A stretch of 64,000 nt of DNA from Candidatus Parcubacteria bacterium (GCA_002869265.1 PKTH01000036.1:50224-114223), one strand, 5' to 3'. Shown: positions 18,084-28,109, numbered from the stretch's first letter. The notes: generated by a model not told the origin, from the letters alone. Numbers and translations: made by a program.

Positions 18084-20147
18084 ATGTCAGAAAATATTAT
18101 CTCTAGAATTTTAAAACCAGGTGTTCGTGGAAAAATTTGGCGGACTTTTATTGTAATTATTGCAATTTCGTTTTTCTTATTAATGATTGATGCCGGATCT
18201 TATTATAATAAGTCGGTTGGCTATCTTGATGGCAAATTTGGTATTTCATTGCCGAGTGCTCCAGAAATTCCATTCAAGCTTGGGCTGGATTTGCAGGGTG
18301 GTGCTCACTTGGTTTATAAAGCGGACATGAGTTTAGTTCCGAGTGGAGACGCTGGATCTGCTCTCGAAGGAGTTAGGGATGTTATTGAAAGAAGAGTTAA
18401 TGTTTTTGGTGTGTCTGAACCAGTTGTTCAAACCAATGTTTCTGGCGGAGAGCACAGAGTGATTGTTGAGCTTGCTGGGGTAACAGATGTAAATGAAGCA
18501 ATTCAACAAATTGGTGAAACACCTTTACTTGAGTTCAAAGAACAGGCAACAGAAATTAGAGAACTGACTGACGAAGAAAGAACCGAGATGGAGACATTTA
18601 ATATTAATGCCAAAGAACAAGCTGATGAAGCTTTAGATAAAATTAAAAATGGATCTGATTTTATAGAAATATCAAAAGAGTACAGCACAGACGAAAATAC
18701 TAAAATAGCAGAAGGGGACTTAGGTCAGATTACAAATCAAGATAATCAGAGAGTAGTTTCTCTTATAAGTGACTATGGGGAAGGAGAATACTCACCAGAA
18801 GTTATTGATAATGGAGATTCTTATGAAATATTTAAGCTGGTAAGCAAACAAGAAAAAACAAACCCTTTTGATGATAATCAGGTGGAAAAAGAAGTAAGAG
18901 CGTCTCATCTTTTGTTGTGTTATGACGGTATTGACGGTTGTGAAACTGGCCTAAGTAAAGAAGAGACTTATGAAAAGATTAAGAGCATAAAAGAAGAGGC
19001 AACACCTGCTAATTTTGCTAACTTGGTAGTTGATCATACTACAGAGCCCGGTGGAGCTGCTAGAATGGGAGAGTTGGGATGGTTCTCTAAGGGCATGATG
19101 GTTGAGCCTTTTGAAGACACTGTTTTCTCTCAGGAGGTTGGTACTATCTCTTATGTAGTGGAAACTCAATTTGGTTATCACCTTATTTACAAAGAAGAAG
19201 AAAGATCTATATATGAATATAATGTTAATGTAGTGAGAATAAATAAGATTACAGAAACTGACATAATTGGGGCTGAGGCAGAATGGAAAAACACAGAGTT
19301 AACTGGTAAAAACCTTGATAGAGCGGTTGTATCATTTAATCCAAATGATAATACTCCAGAGGTTTCTTTGGAATTTGATAGTGAAGGAGGAGATTTGTTT
19401 GCAGCGATAACAGAAAGAAATATCGGGAAACAAGTTGCAATATTTCTTGATGGGTATCCTATAAGCGTCCCAACAGTAAATGAGAGAATACCAAGTGGAA
19501 GAGCTGTTATTTCAGGAAACTTTACTATAACTGAAGCGAAACTGTTAACGCAAAGGCTTAATGCTGGTGCCTTGCCAGTTCCTATTGAGCTAATTAGTCA
19601 ACAGACTGTTGGTCCAAGCCTTGGTAAGATTTCTCTAATTGAGAGTTTGAAGGCAGGGATTGCTGGATTGATTTTGGTAGCAATCTTCATGATCCTGTAC
19701 TATAGATTATCTGGGCTCTTAGCAGTATTTTCTTTAACTATCTATGGAATATTAATATTGGCGATATTTAAGCTTTGGCCTGTAACTCTAACTCTTTCAG
19801 GAATGGCTGGTTTTATTCTTTCTATTGGTATGGCCGTTGATGCAAACGTGCTGATATTTGAAAGATTAAGAGAAGAGCTTAAAAGAGGCAATCCATATAG
19901 TATTGCACTTGAAGAAGCCTTCAAAAGAGCTTGGCCTTCAATTCGCGACGGTAATGTCTCAACACTGATAACCTGTTTTATCCTTATTCAGTTTTCTACA
20001 AGTGTTGTGAAGGGATTTGCTATAACTCTTGGTCTTGGTGTTACTGTTTCTATGTTGACCGCGGTGGTTGTTACTAAAAACTTTTCTAAAATAGTTGATA
20101 CTGACTTCTTTTCTAGAAGGGCTTGGCTATTTGGAGCTAAGAAATAA
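18084..20147 (+). CDS. secD: Protein-export membrane protein SecD with two parvulin-type PPIase domains inserted in the periplasmic P1 domain
   Basis: SecD hallmarks LGLDLQGGAHLVY, VFGVSEPVVQ, RVIVELAGV and the C-terminal 6-TM region. Residues about 175-372 contain SDFIEISKEYSTDENTKIAEGDLGQI and ASHLLL...GGAARMGELGWFSKGMMVEPFEDTVFS...TQFGYHLIYK, which are the PpiC/parvulin signature. Confidence 0.9.
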   Translation: MSENIISRILKPGVRGKIWRTFIVIIAISFFLLMIDAGSYYNKSVGYLDGKFGISLPSAPEIPFKLGLDLQGGAHLVYKADMSLVPSGDAGSALEGVRDVIERRVNVFGVSEPVVQTNVSGGEHRVIVELAGVTDVNEAIQQIGETPLLEFKEQATEIRELTDEERTEMETFNINAKEQADEALDKIKNGSDFIEISKEYSTDENTKIAEGDLGQITNQDNQRVVSLISDYGEGEYSPEVIDNGDSYEIFKLVSKQEKTNPFDDNQVEKEVRASHLLLCYDGIDGCETGLSKEETYEKIKSIKEEATPANFANLVVDHTTEPGGAARMGELGWFSKGMMVEPFEDTVFSQEVGTISYVVETQFGYHLIYKEEERSIYEYNVNVVRINKITETDIIGAEAEWKNTELTGKNLDRAVVSFNPNDNTPEVSLEFDSEGGDLFAAITERNIGKQVAIFLDGYPISVPTVNERIPSGRAVISGNFTITEAKLLTQRLNAGALPVPIELISQQTVGPSLGKISLIESLKAGIAGLILVAIFMILYYRLSGLLAVFSLTIYGILILAIFKLWPVTLTLSGMAGFILSIGMAVDANVLIFERLREELKRGNPYSIALEEAFKRAWPSIRDGNVSTLITCFILIQFSTSVVKGFAITLGLGVTVSMLTAVVVTKNFSKIVDTDFFSRRAWLFGAKK

Positions 20148-20163
20148 TTAAAGAAATAAAAAT

Positions 20164-21060
20164 ATGTTAAAAATAATTCAAAAAAGAATAGCCTGGATTA
20201 GCATTTCAAGTTTTTTAGTGGCCCTATCAATAGTTTTTCTCTTTAGTTTTGGATTGAAGTTAGGTATAGACTTTACCGGAGGATCTTTACTAGAAGTAAA
20301 ATATAATGAAGCAAGACCAAGCATTGCAGAAGTTCAAGATAAACTCTCATCAGTAGAAATAAATAGTTTAGTAATACAACCTGTTGGAGAGGATGGAATC
20401 CTTCTACGTTTTCAGGAAATAAGTGAGGAGAAGCACCAAGAGGTTATATCTGCCCTAAAAACATCTGACGGAGAAGCAGAAATAAGTTTAGATGAAATGC
20501 GTTTTGAGGCAGTCGGACCATCAATTGGACAAGAACTTAAAAAGAAATCAATTTATGCGATAGTTTTAGTTTTATTAGCAATTGTAGCCTATATTTCTTG
20601 GGTATTTAGAAAAGTTTCAAAACCAATTGCTTCATGGAAATATGGAGTTGTTGCAAATATTGCATTGTTTCACGATGTTGTTATAACTCTCGGGGTTTTT
20701 GCTATCTTGGGCAAGTATTTTGGAGTTGAGGTAAACACTCCCTTTGTAGCAGCCATTCTTACTGTTATGGGTTATTCAGTTAATGACACTATTGTTGTTT
20801 TTGATAGAATTAGGGAAAACCTACCAATTAGTGATGATGATTTTGAAGATACAGTAAATAAAAGTGTTAACCAAACTATCACTCGCTCAATCAACACATC
20901 AATGACAACCATGTTGGTTTTGATTGCAGTTCTCATTTTTGGAGGTGAAACTATCAAATCGTTTGTTTTAGCCCTAACCATTGGTATTGCTGCTGGAACC
21001 TATTCATCGATATTCTTAGCTAGTCCGCTTCTGGTTTTTTGGGAGAGATTTAGAAAATAA
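20164..21060 (+). CDS. secF: Protein-export membrane protein SecF
   Basis: GIDFTGGSLLEV and the RND-like 6-TM C-terminus. Confidence 0.9.
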   Translation: MLKIIQKRIAWISISSFLVALSIVFLFSFGLKLGIDFTGGSLLEVKYNEARPSIAEVQDKLSSVEINSLVIQPVGEDGILLRFQEISEEKHQEVISALKTSDGEAEISLDEMRFEAVGPSIGQELKKKSIYAIVLVLLAIVAYISWVFRKVSKPIASWKYGVVANIALFHDVVITLGVFAILGKYFGVEVNTPFVAAILTVMGYSVNDTIVVFDRIRENLPISDDDFEDTVNKSVNQTITRSINTSMTTMLVLIAVLIFGGETIKSFVLALTIGIAAGTYSSIFLASPLLVFWERFRK

Positions 21061-21080
21061 ATAATTCACAATTTAGATAT

Positions 21081-21115
21081 AAAAAGACAGGAGGTTCTCC
21101 TGTCTTTTGTTTTTA
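21081..21115 (+). terminator. Rho-independent terminator after secF
   Basis: agacaggag-gttc-tcctgtct followed by TTTGTTTTT. Confidence 0.75.
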
Positions 21116-21190
21116 GAATTTGCTATACTAATATAGTTCTTTTAAAATCTAGAACTGGGTGGAAGGTAAACATTTTTTAGTGGAGGATTT

Positions 21191-21604
21191 ATGTCGTATA
21201 TAATAGTAATTTTCGGGATAGCTTTTTTCTTTTATTGGACAAAGGGAGATGTTCTTTCTAGTCATTATAAATTTGAACTAGAGGAGATGGATTGTCATTC
21301 TACTGAAGAGATTATCACAAAAGTGAGACAGCTGCGGTTTTTTTGGCCATACATTTTCTTCCTCCTTAAAAAAGATAGAGTTTTTTTAAAAAAATTCTAT
21401 TCATTACAATTCAATCAAAAACTAAGAAAAAGATTTGAGTTTATTGAAAGAGTTGATTCTCGGAATGTAATAAACTTCAGAATTCAGGGTGCAGGAGTTG
21501 TTTCTATGGATGCGGAAGAGTATTTTAGAAATAATTGTTTAAAAAAACATGCGAGGAGAGGGTATGATAGAATTAAACGAAGAGTCTCAGCGAAAATTGT
21601 ATGA
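21191..21604 (+). CDS. Hypothetical protein (137 aa), doubtful
   Basis: ORF with an ATG but low-complexity, Arg/Lys/Phe-rich sequence. It may be a decayed gene. Confidence 0.3.
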   Translation: MSYIIVIFGIAFFFYWTKGDVLSSHYKFELEEMDCHSTEEIITKVRQLRFFWPYIFFLLKKDRVFLKKFYSLQFNQKLRKRFEFIERVDSRNVINFRIQGAGVVSMDAEEYFRNNCLKKHARRGYDRIKRRVSAKIV

Positions 21605-21779
21605 AAGAATAAAAAACACCGGCGGCGAAATTGATATGAGAATCAGCGGTTTCACCTCTCTCTATATATAAGCTTGATAATGGTGGGACTCAGGAAGAGC
21701 TCGACCAAATAGCAAGTGTTATTAATAGAGTTGTTGCTGGAGAACTTTAAATCTAGGGGGAAAAGTTCCCAGATTATTT

Positions 21780-21812
21780 AAAAGACCGGAAATAAGTTCT
21801 GGTCTTTTTTTA
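21780..21812 (+). terminator. Candidate rho-independent terminator
   Basis: aagacc...ggtctt stem with a T7 run. There is no annotated ORF of 60 aa or more immediately upstream. Confidence 0.45.
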
Positions 21813-21970
21813 TTAAAAAATGCAATATTTAATTATTTTTGACATTTGCAGACTTTTATGATATTGCTACCCAACTTTAATGTTAATATTTTGACAAGCA
21901 TTAGGGGTTTAGGGTAAACTGTATGTATAAAAAGCTTAAATAAAAGCTTTTATTTTTGAGAATAAAAAAT

Positions 21971-23224
21971 ATGAGACAATCAAAAAATTTCACTAAGGCT
22001 ACGAAAGAAATACCAAAAGACGAGACGAGTTTTAATGCCCAAACTCTTATTAGGGCAGGCTTTATCGATAAATTGGCCGCAGGGGTATATACTTATTTGC
22101 CTTATGGTCTTCGTGTTTTAACAAAAATTTCTCAAATCGTTCGTGAGGAAATGGATAAGATTGGCGGACAAGAACTTCTGATGCCTGCTCTAAACCCAAA
22201 AGAAAATTGGGAGAAAACAGATAGATGGGGAACATTTGATGCTCTATTTAAAATTGGAAATTCATCTGATTCAAAAGAGTATACTTTAGCGCCAACCCAC
22301 GAAGAGATTGTCACCCCCCTTGCTCAGAAACATGTATTTTCATATAAAGATTTACCTATTTATCCATATCATATTCAAACCAAGTTTAGGAATGAAAAGC
22401 GAGCAAAGGCGGGACTTATTCGTGGTCGAGAGTTCTTAATGAAAGATCTTTATTCTTTTCATGTTGATGAAGATGATTTAAATAATTTTTATTTAAATGC
22501 TCAGAAGGCTTATTTTAAAATATTTGAAAGATGTGGCCTTTTGGATATGACCTATCTGACTTATGCTTCTGGAGGATCGTTTTCAAAATATTCTCACGAA
22601 TTTCAAACAGTGGCAGAGGCAGGAGAAGACACGATATATATATGCGAGGATTGTAGCATTGCCGTGAATAGCGAAATAATTGAAGACCAAAAGGGTGGCT
22701 GTCCTAACTGCGATAATAAGAAACTAAAGCAAGAAAAAGCAGTAGAAGTGGGAAATATTTTTAAGTTAATGACAAAATTCTCTTCAGCGTTTGGTCTTGA
22801 GTTTACAGATGAGGAAGGAAAAAAGAACCCCGTTATAATGGGATGTTATGGAATTGGACCAAGTAGAATTATGGGCACAGTAGTTGAGGTTCATCATGAT
22901 GATAGAGGGATTATTTGGCCAGCAGAACTAAGTCCATTCAAAGTACATTTAATAGAAGTTAAGAGTGATAATAAAGAGGTTAGGGAAGAAGCAGAAAAAA
23001 TATATGAAGAACTTGTAAATAAAGATATTGAAGTATTATATGATGATAGAGAATTAAGTGCTGGTGCGAAATTTGCTGAATCAGATTTAATTGGTTGTAC
23101 TTTTAGAGTTGTTGTAAGTGAAAAAACAATAAAGAAAAATGGATACGAGTTTAAGCGCAGAGACAGTGAGAAGTCCGAGATTCTTTCAAAGGAGGAGTTA
23201 GTAGATAAAATTTTAATTGCTTAG
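21971..23224 (+). CDS. proS: Prolyl-tRNA synthetase, short form without INS editing domain, with a Cys4 insertion
   Basis: Class II motifs (FRNEKRAKAGLIRGREFLMKDLYSF), the anticodon-binding C-terminus, and CEDCS...CPNCD at 22643-22720. The ATG at 21971 is preferred over the TTG at 21956. Confidence 0.9.
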   Translation: MRQSKNFTKATKEIPKDETSFNAQTLIRAGFIDKLAAGVYTYLPYGLRVLTKISQIVREEMDKIGGQELLMPALNPKENWEKTDRWGTFDALFKIGNSSDSKEYTLAPTHEEIVTPLAQKHVFSYKDLPIYPYHIQTKFRNEKRAKAGLIRGREFLMKDLYSFHVDEDDLNNFYLNAQKAYFKIFERCGLLDMTYLTYASGGSFSKYSHEFQTVAEAGEDTIYICEDCSIAVNSEIIEDQKGGCPNCDNKKLKQEKAVEVGNIFKLMTKFSSAFGLEFTDEEGKKNPVIMGCYGIGPSRIMGTVVEVHHDDRGIIWPAELSPFKVHLIEVKSDNKEVREEAEKIYEELVNKDIEVLYDDRELSAGAKFAESDLIGCTFRVVVSEKTIKKNGYEFKRRDSEKSEILSKEELVDKILIA

Positions 23225-23227
23225 CAA

Positions 23228-24271
23228 ATGTTTAATAAAATATTAGGAAAATTTAGTAAAGACGTTGGTATTGATTTGGGAACAAAAAATACATTGGTCT
23301 ACACACAGGAGAAAGGGATAATGATAAACGAACCTTCTGTGGTTGCCGTGAATAAAAGAACAGATGAGATATTGGCAGTTGGGGTAGAGGCAAAAATAAT
23401 GGTTGGGAAAACACCAGCTCATATTCAGGCAATCAGACCATTAATTGATGGAGTTATCTCTGATTTTGAAGTAACTGAAAAAATGCTTAAGTATTTTATA
23501 GACAAGGTGCACAGTGAGAGTTTTACTTTAATTCCTAGACCAAGGGTTGTTATTGGGATCCCTCTAGATATTACAGAAGTTGAAAAAAAAGCCGTGGAGG
23601 ATGCTGCTAAGTCTGCTGGTGCTAGACAAGTTTTTCTTATTGAAGAATCTATGGCAGCGGCTATTGGAACAAGACTACCAGTTGCTGAAGCGACCGCTAC
23701 TATGATAGTAGATATAGGTGGCGGGACAACTGAAATCTCTGTTATTTCACTCGGTGGTATCGTTGCTTCCAAAACCTTGAAATTAGCAGGAGATGAGTTA
23801 GATAATAATATAATCCAGTTCATTAGAGAAGAATTTAATATACTGATTGGAGAACAAGTGGCCGAAAGCATTAAAGTAAGGATTGGTTCAGCGACTGAGT
23901 TGAAAGAACCAATGGAAATGGAGGTTCGGGGTAGAGATCTTATTAATGGTCTTCCTCGTGCGGTAAATGTTGATGACTCTCAGATACGTGAAGCATTATC
24001 AAAGACAGTTGGAATAATAATAGAAAACATTAAGATAACTCTAGAAAAAACACCGCCAGAGCTAGTGTCCGATATTTATGAGCAAGGAATAGTTCTAACT
24101 GGTGGAGGTTCATTGTTGCGTGGTCTTGACAAGGAAATTGCCCAAGCAACCAAAATTCCAGTCCGTGTAGCTGAAGATCCACTAACCTGTGTTGCCCGGG
24201 GCACAGGAATACTCTTAAATGATCCAGAATTATTAGAAAAGGTTTTGACACCTAGTTCTGATGAACTCTAA
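23228..24271 (+). CDS. mreB: Rod shape-determining protein MreB
   Basis: Actin-fold motifs DLGTKNTLVY, VIGIPLDITEVEKKA and DIGGGTTEISVI. Confidence 0.95.
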   Translation: MFNKILGKFSKDVGIDLGTKNTLVYTQEKGIMINEPSVVAVNKRTDEILAVGVEAKIMVGKTPAHIQAIRPLIDGVISDFEVTEKMLKYFIDKVHSESFTLIPRPRVVIGIPLDITEVEKKAVEDAAKSAGARQVFLIEESMAAAIGTRLPVAEATATMIVDIGGGTTEISVISLGGIVASKTLKLAGDELDNNIIQFIREEFNILIGEQVAESIKVRIGSATELKEPMEMEVRGRDLINGLPRAVNVDDSQIREALSKTVGIIIENIKITLEKTPPELVSDIYEQGIVLTGGGSLLRGLDKEIAQATKIPVRVAEDPLTCVARGTGILLNDPELLEKVLTPSSDEL

Positions 24272-24282
24272 TATTTTTTCGT

Positions 24283-25101
24283 ATGCCAAAGATTAAAATA
24301 AACACAAGAAGGTATTTTAGCTATTTGGCAGTTATAGGACTGCTTATTTTTTTACATTTCATTGGGATCCTAAGGCCGATTGAGGGCTTTCTTGTTGGCC
24401 TCACAAACCCTATTTCTGAATTTTTTCACAAATCTGGATCAGGTATTAGTAGTATATATGGCCAGCAAGTTGATAAGCGTGATCATAATTTAATAATTGC
24501 AGAATTACAAAAAGAAAACAGAGAACTGTTGGCTGAGAATGCTAGACTGGTAACCGTTGAAGAGGAAAATGAATATTTAAGGAATCAGATCGAATTCAGA
24601 AAAAACAATAATTACAAATATGTTTTAGCAGAAATTATTTCAAGAAATGATTTAATGAACAACTCTAGTGAAGAAAAATCAATTATTATAAATAAGGGTT
24701 CTAATGATAATCTAGGTAACGGGATGGTCCTGATTGATTCTGAAGGTGTGGTGATTGGAAAAATTATTGAAACCAGAGAAAATGTTTCAAAAGCCTGTTT
24801 AAGTATAGACAGACAATGTAAATTTGCATCAGCAATTCAAAATGTCGATAGAACATCAGGTGTTGTAGAGGGAGAATTGGGGCTCACTATTAAGATGGAC
24901 TATATTCCACAAACTGAAATATTAGAAGAGGATGATATTGTTGTTACTTCCGGGCTGGAGGAGAATATACCAAGAGGTCTTGTTTTAGGTAAGGTTTCTG
25001 AGGTGATTCGTGACAATAATAGCCTTTGGCAAAAAGCGGTAATAGAGCCTCTTGTCGATTTTAATGATCTCACATTAATTAGTGTTGTTTATTTAGAATA
25101 A
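24283..25101 (+). CDS. mreC: Rod shape-determining protein MreC
   Basis: N-terminal TM, coiled coil (LQKENRELLAENARL) and C-terminal beta-domains. It sits immediately after mreB. Confidence 0.8.
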   Translation: MPKIKINTRRYFSYLAVIGLLIFLHFIGILRPIEGFLVGLTNPISEFFHKSGSGISSIYGQQVDKRDHNLIIAELQKENRELLAENARLVTVEEENEYLRNQIEFRKNNNYKYVLAEIISRNDLMNNSSEEKSIIINKGSNDNLGNGMVLIDSEGVVIGKIIETRENVSKACLSIDRQCKFASAIQNVDRTSGVVEGELGLTIKMDYIPQTEILEEDDIVVTSGLEENIPRGLVLGKVSEVIRDNNSLWQKAVIEPLVDFNDLTLISVVYLE

Positions 25102-25102
25102 T

Positions 25103-25633
25103 ATGTATTTAAAGATATTTTTAAATATTTTGCTTATCGTTTTTCTGGCCTTGCTTCAGGCTTCATTCGTTTCAGCTCTTCCTTCCCCTTTTGCTAATAT
25201 AAATATTTTATTAGTAGTCTTAGTTTATGTCTTGATAGTTGGAAGCTTTGAAATCTCTTTTATTTACGCCCTGTCCTTCGGTTTTTTAATGGACATGTTT
25301 TCGTTTATGAGCTTTGGTTCTCACATTTTTGGATTTTTATTTTCAATTGTTGTGGCTAATTTTCTTCTAGTTAATTTTTTTACTAACAGGTCTTTCTATG
25401 CATTTTTAGCCCTGATTCTTTCGGCCTCAGTTCTTAATTTTTTTATTGTGTATATATATTCTAATGCAATTTCTTTTTTTACAGACGCTGATTATATTAT
25501 TTTCAATCAATCTTTTGCGACATTTGCAATAAAACAGCTAGGATTGAATATGGCGTTAATGCTAGTCTTGTATTATTTAACAAATTTCTTGAATAACAGA
25601 TTTAGACCAGTATTCTTGTCCACCAAAAAGTAA
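25103..25633 (+). CDS. mreD: Rod shape-determining protein MreD (polytopic membrane)
   Basis: 176-aa protein with five hydrophobic helices, in the conserved position between mreC and PBP2. Confidence 0.6.
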   Translation: MYLKIFLNILLIVFLALLQASFVSALPSPFANINILLVVLVYVLIVGSFEISFIYALSFGFLMDMFSFMSFGSHIFGFLFSIVVANFLLVNFFTNRSFYAFLALILSASVLNFFIVYIYSNAISFFTDADYIIFNQSFATFAIKQLGLNMALMLVLYYLTNFLNNRFRPVFLSTKK

Positions 25634-25637
25634 CTAA

Positions 25638-27620
25638 ATGTTGAGCAATTTTCATAAAAACAAAAAAACCATAAATTCAGATCCTTTTTCTATTAAAGAG
25701 GGTGGTTTTCGAGATGGTATTTTAAAAAACACTTCTTTCAGAAGAGAGTGGACAGAGGAGTCATTTAACCTTGGGGGCGGGAATAGAGACACGATAGGGA
25801 AGAATTTTAATTATCAAAAGTTATATATCGTAGGAGTATTATTGATTTTTTCGATGTCCATTTTGTTTGCCAGAACAGCCTGGTTGCAAGTTGTAAAAGG
25901 CGATTATTATTTTTCGATGGCTGAAGGAAATAGAATAAGAATTGAAAGAATAGAACCAAAAAGAGGAATTGTTTATGATCGAAATGGCGTTTCCTTAGTG
26001 AGGAATAAAGCAAATTTTATTTTGTATTTTATCCCCATAGATATTCCAGAAGATATTGAAAAAAGAAACTATCTTTTTAAAAAAATAATTTCTGTTGTTG
26101 GTGATTTGTCTGTTGATGAACTAAATGAAATTTATGGTTCTGTGAAAATAGGATCTCTAGAGTCTTATCGTCCTCTTTTTGTAAAGGAAGATGTCGAGTA
26201 TGAAGATGCAATAAAGCTTTATCTACAATCAGATAAGATGCCGGGAGTTATGATTTCAAATAAGATAAGAAGAGAATATAATTTACACAGTATGACTCTT
26301 TCACATGTTTTGGGTTATACCGGGAAAATAAATCCCGAAGAACTCAAGAATTCAGGTGATGAGTACAGTATGATAGACTATATTGGTAAAATGGGTATTG
26401 AGTATTTTTGGGAAAACGAACTAAAAGGGGTTAATGGGAAAAAACAGATCGAGGTTGATGCTCTTGGTTATGAAAAGAAAATTATTAGCGAGGTGGAGGC
26501 TGAAGATGGTCATAATTTAGTTTTATCTTTGGATGTTGCTATGCAGAAAAAAATGGAAGAGATAGTGGTTTCATATTTAGAAAAGCTAGATTTAGGTAAA
26601 GCGTCAGCTGTTGTTTTGGATCCTAATAACGGAGAAGTTTTAACTCTTGTTTCTTACCCTTCGTATAATAATAATGCTTTTGCTCGTGGGATTACCCAAG
26701 AAGAATATAAAACCTTGATTGAACATCCAGATAATCCTCTTTTTAATAGAGCGGTGAGTGGAGAGTTCCCTTCGGGATCAACTATTAAACCAGTTATGGC
26801 AGCTGCAGCCCTGCAAGAAGGGGTTATCAGTGAGCACACGAGTTTTTTAAGTACAGGTGGTATTAGGATTGGTCAATGGTTTTTCCCTGACTGGCTTGCA
26901 GGTGGTCACGGAGTTACTGATGTTCGGAAGGCTATTGCTCAGTCTGTTAATACTTTCTTTTATTATATTGGTGGCGGTCATGATGGTTTTACTGGGTTGG
27001 GGCTTGAGAGAATTATTGAGTACGAAGAAAAATTTGGCTTGGGAGCACAAACCGGGATTGACTTAGCTGGGGAGGCCGACGGCTTTCTACCGACTAGAGA
27101 GTGGAAAGAAGAAGTCAAGAATGAACCATGGTATATAGGAGATACTTATCATCTTTCAATTGGTCAAGGTGATTTATTAGCCACTCCATTGCAAGTTGCA
27201 AATTTTACAGCATTTTTTGCAAACGGGGGCATCATCTATAGACCACACCTAATTAAGCAAATATTATCAGGTGATGACGAGTTACTTGTAAATGTGGACG
27301 GAGTGGTTGTTAGGGAAGGGTTTATAGATGACTATAATGTAGAGGTGGTGCGACAGGGAATGCGAAAAACTGTTACAGAGGGCTCAGCTAGAAGTATGAG
27401 TATTTTACCAGTTTCTTCGGCTGGAAAAACCGGGACAGCTCAATGGTCTTCTAAACACGACAATCATGCATGGTATACAGGATTTGCTCCATATGAGGAA
27501 CCCGAGCTGGCCTTTACGGTTCTTGTGGAAGAGGGTAAAGAGGGAAGTGCAGTAGCGGTCCCGATAATGCGTGAGTTTTTAACCTGGTATTATACAGAAT
27601 ATAAGCCGATAGAAAAATAA
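25638..27620 (+). CDS. mrdA: Penicillin-binding protein 2 (elongasome transpeptidase)
   Basis: SGSTIKP (SxxK), SVN (SxN) and KTGTA. It follows mreBCD. Confidence 0.9.
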   Translation: MLSNFHKNKKTINSDPFSIKEGGFRDGILKNTSFRREWTEESFNLGGGNRDTIGKNFNYQKLYIVGVLLIFSMSILFARTAWLQVVKGDYYFSMAEGNRIRIERIEPKRGIVYDRNGVSLVRNKANFILYFIPIDIPEDIEKRNYLFKKIISVVGDLSVDELNEIYGSVKIGSLESYRPLFVKEDVEYEDAIKLYLQSDKMPGVMISNKIRREYNLHSMTLSHVLGYTGKINPEELKNSGDEYSMIDYIGKMGIEYFWENELKGVNGKKQIEVDALGYEKKIISEVEAEDGHNLVLSLDVAMQKKMEEIVVSYLEKLDLGKASAVVLDPNNGEVLTLVSYPSYNNNAFARGITQEEYKTLIEHPDNPLFNRAVSGEFPSGSTIKPVMAAAALQEGVISEHTSFLSTGGIRIGQWFFPDWLAGGHGVTDVRKAIAQSVNTFFYYIGGGHDGFTGLGLERIIEYEEKFGLGAQTGIDLAGEADGFLPTREWKEEVKNEPWYIGDTYHLSIGQGDLLATPLQVANFTAFFANGGIIYRPHLIKQILSGDDELLVNVDGVVVREGFIDDYNVEVVRQGMRKTVTEGSARSMSILPVSSAGKTGTAQWSSKHDNHAWYTGFAPYEEPELAFTVLVEEGKEGSAVAVPIMREFLTWYYTEYKPIEK

Positions 27621-27632
27621 ATAACATAAAAT

Positions 27633-27660
27633 AAAACCCGCAGTTTAGCGGGTTTTTTGT
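27633..27660. terminator. Bidirectional rho-independent terminator
   Basis: cccgc-agttta-gcggg followed by TTTTTT, with an A-run upstream. Confidence 0.75.
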
Positions 27661-27671
27661 TTGAAATTTTT

Positions 27672-28109
27672 TCAGAGGCAAATACTTCTACTTCGTTTGT
27701 GAGTTATTTCTTTTGCAATGCTTCCGTTTGGAGTCCTGATTATTTTTGGAATAAATCCAAAAGGCTTTCCAATGTCATCGATGATTTCTTTCATCTCATC
27801 ATTAAGAGCGGAATAAACTGTTTCCTCAAGCAATATTCCAAGATTTCCATCTTCCATTGCTCCAAAGGTTCTTGGAAAAAAGATGACAATCCCATCATTA
27901 ATCCTTCTGTTGTTTTTTGATTGCTCGGTGTCAATTGCTTTGACATAAAACCAAACATTGGGAAAATCACAGATAGTTGAAACGTTACAAACATTGTAGT
28001 CAAGAGTCTTTCTAAGAGCTGGTGAGAGTAGTAAGCAAAGTCTCTCTAGACATTTTAGAACATATCCTAACTCTTCGTTATTAATGTAGTAATGGCTTTC
28101 TTTTGACAT
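27672..28109 (-). CDS. Hypothetical protein (146 aa)
   Basis: SD GGGAGG 5 nt upstream of the ATG at 28109 (MSKESHYY). The longer start at 28196 is less likely. Confidence 0.5.
   Translation of the reverse strand: MSKESHYYINNEELGYVLKCLERLCLLLSPALRKTLDYNVCNVSTICDFPNVWFYVKAIDTEQSKNNRRINDGIVIFFPRTFGAMEDGNLGILLEETVYSALNDEMKEIIDDIGKPFGFIPKIIRTPNGSIAKEITHKRSRSICL

Noticed and set aside
21836-21970. T-box or attenuator leader upstream of proS
   Set aside because: Only a short AAGCTT...AAGCTT hairpin with a T-run is present. There is no specifier-loop or T-box consensus (AATTAGGGTGGNACCGCG), and the leader is too short.
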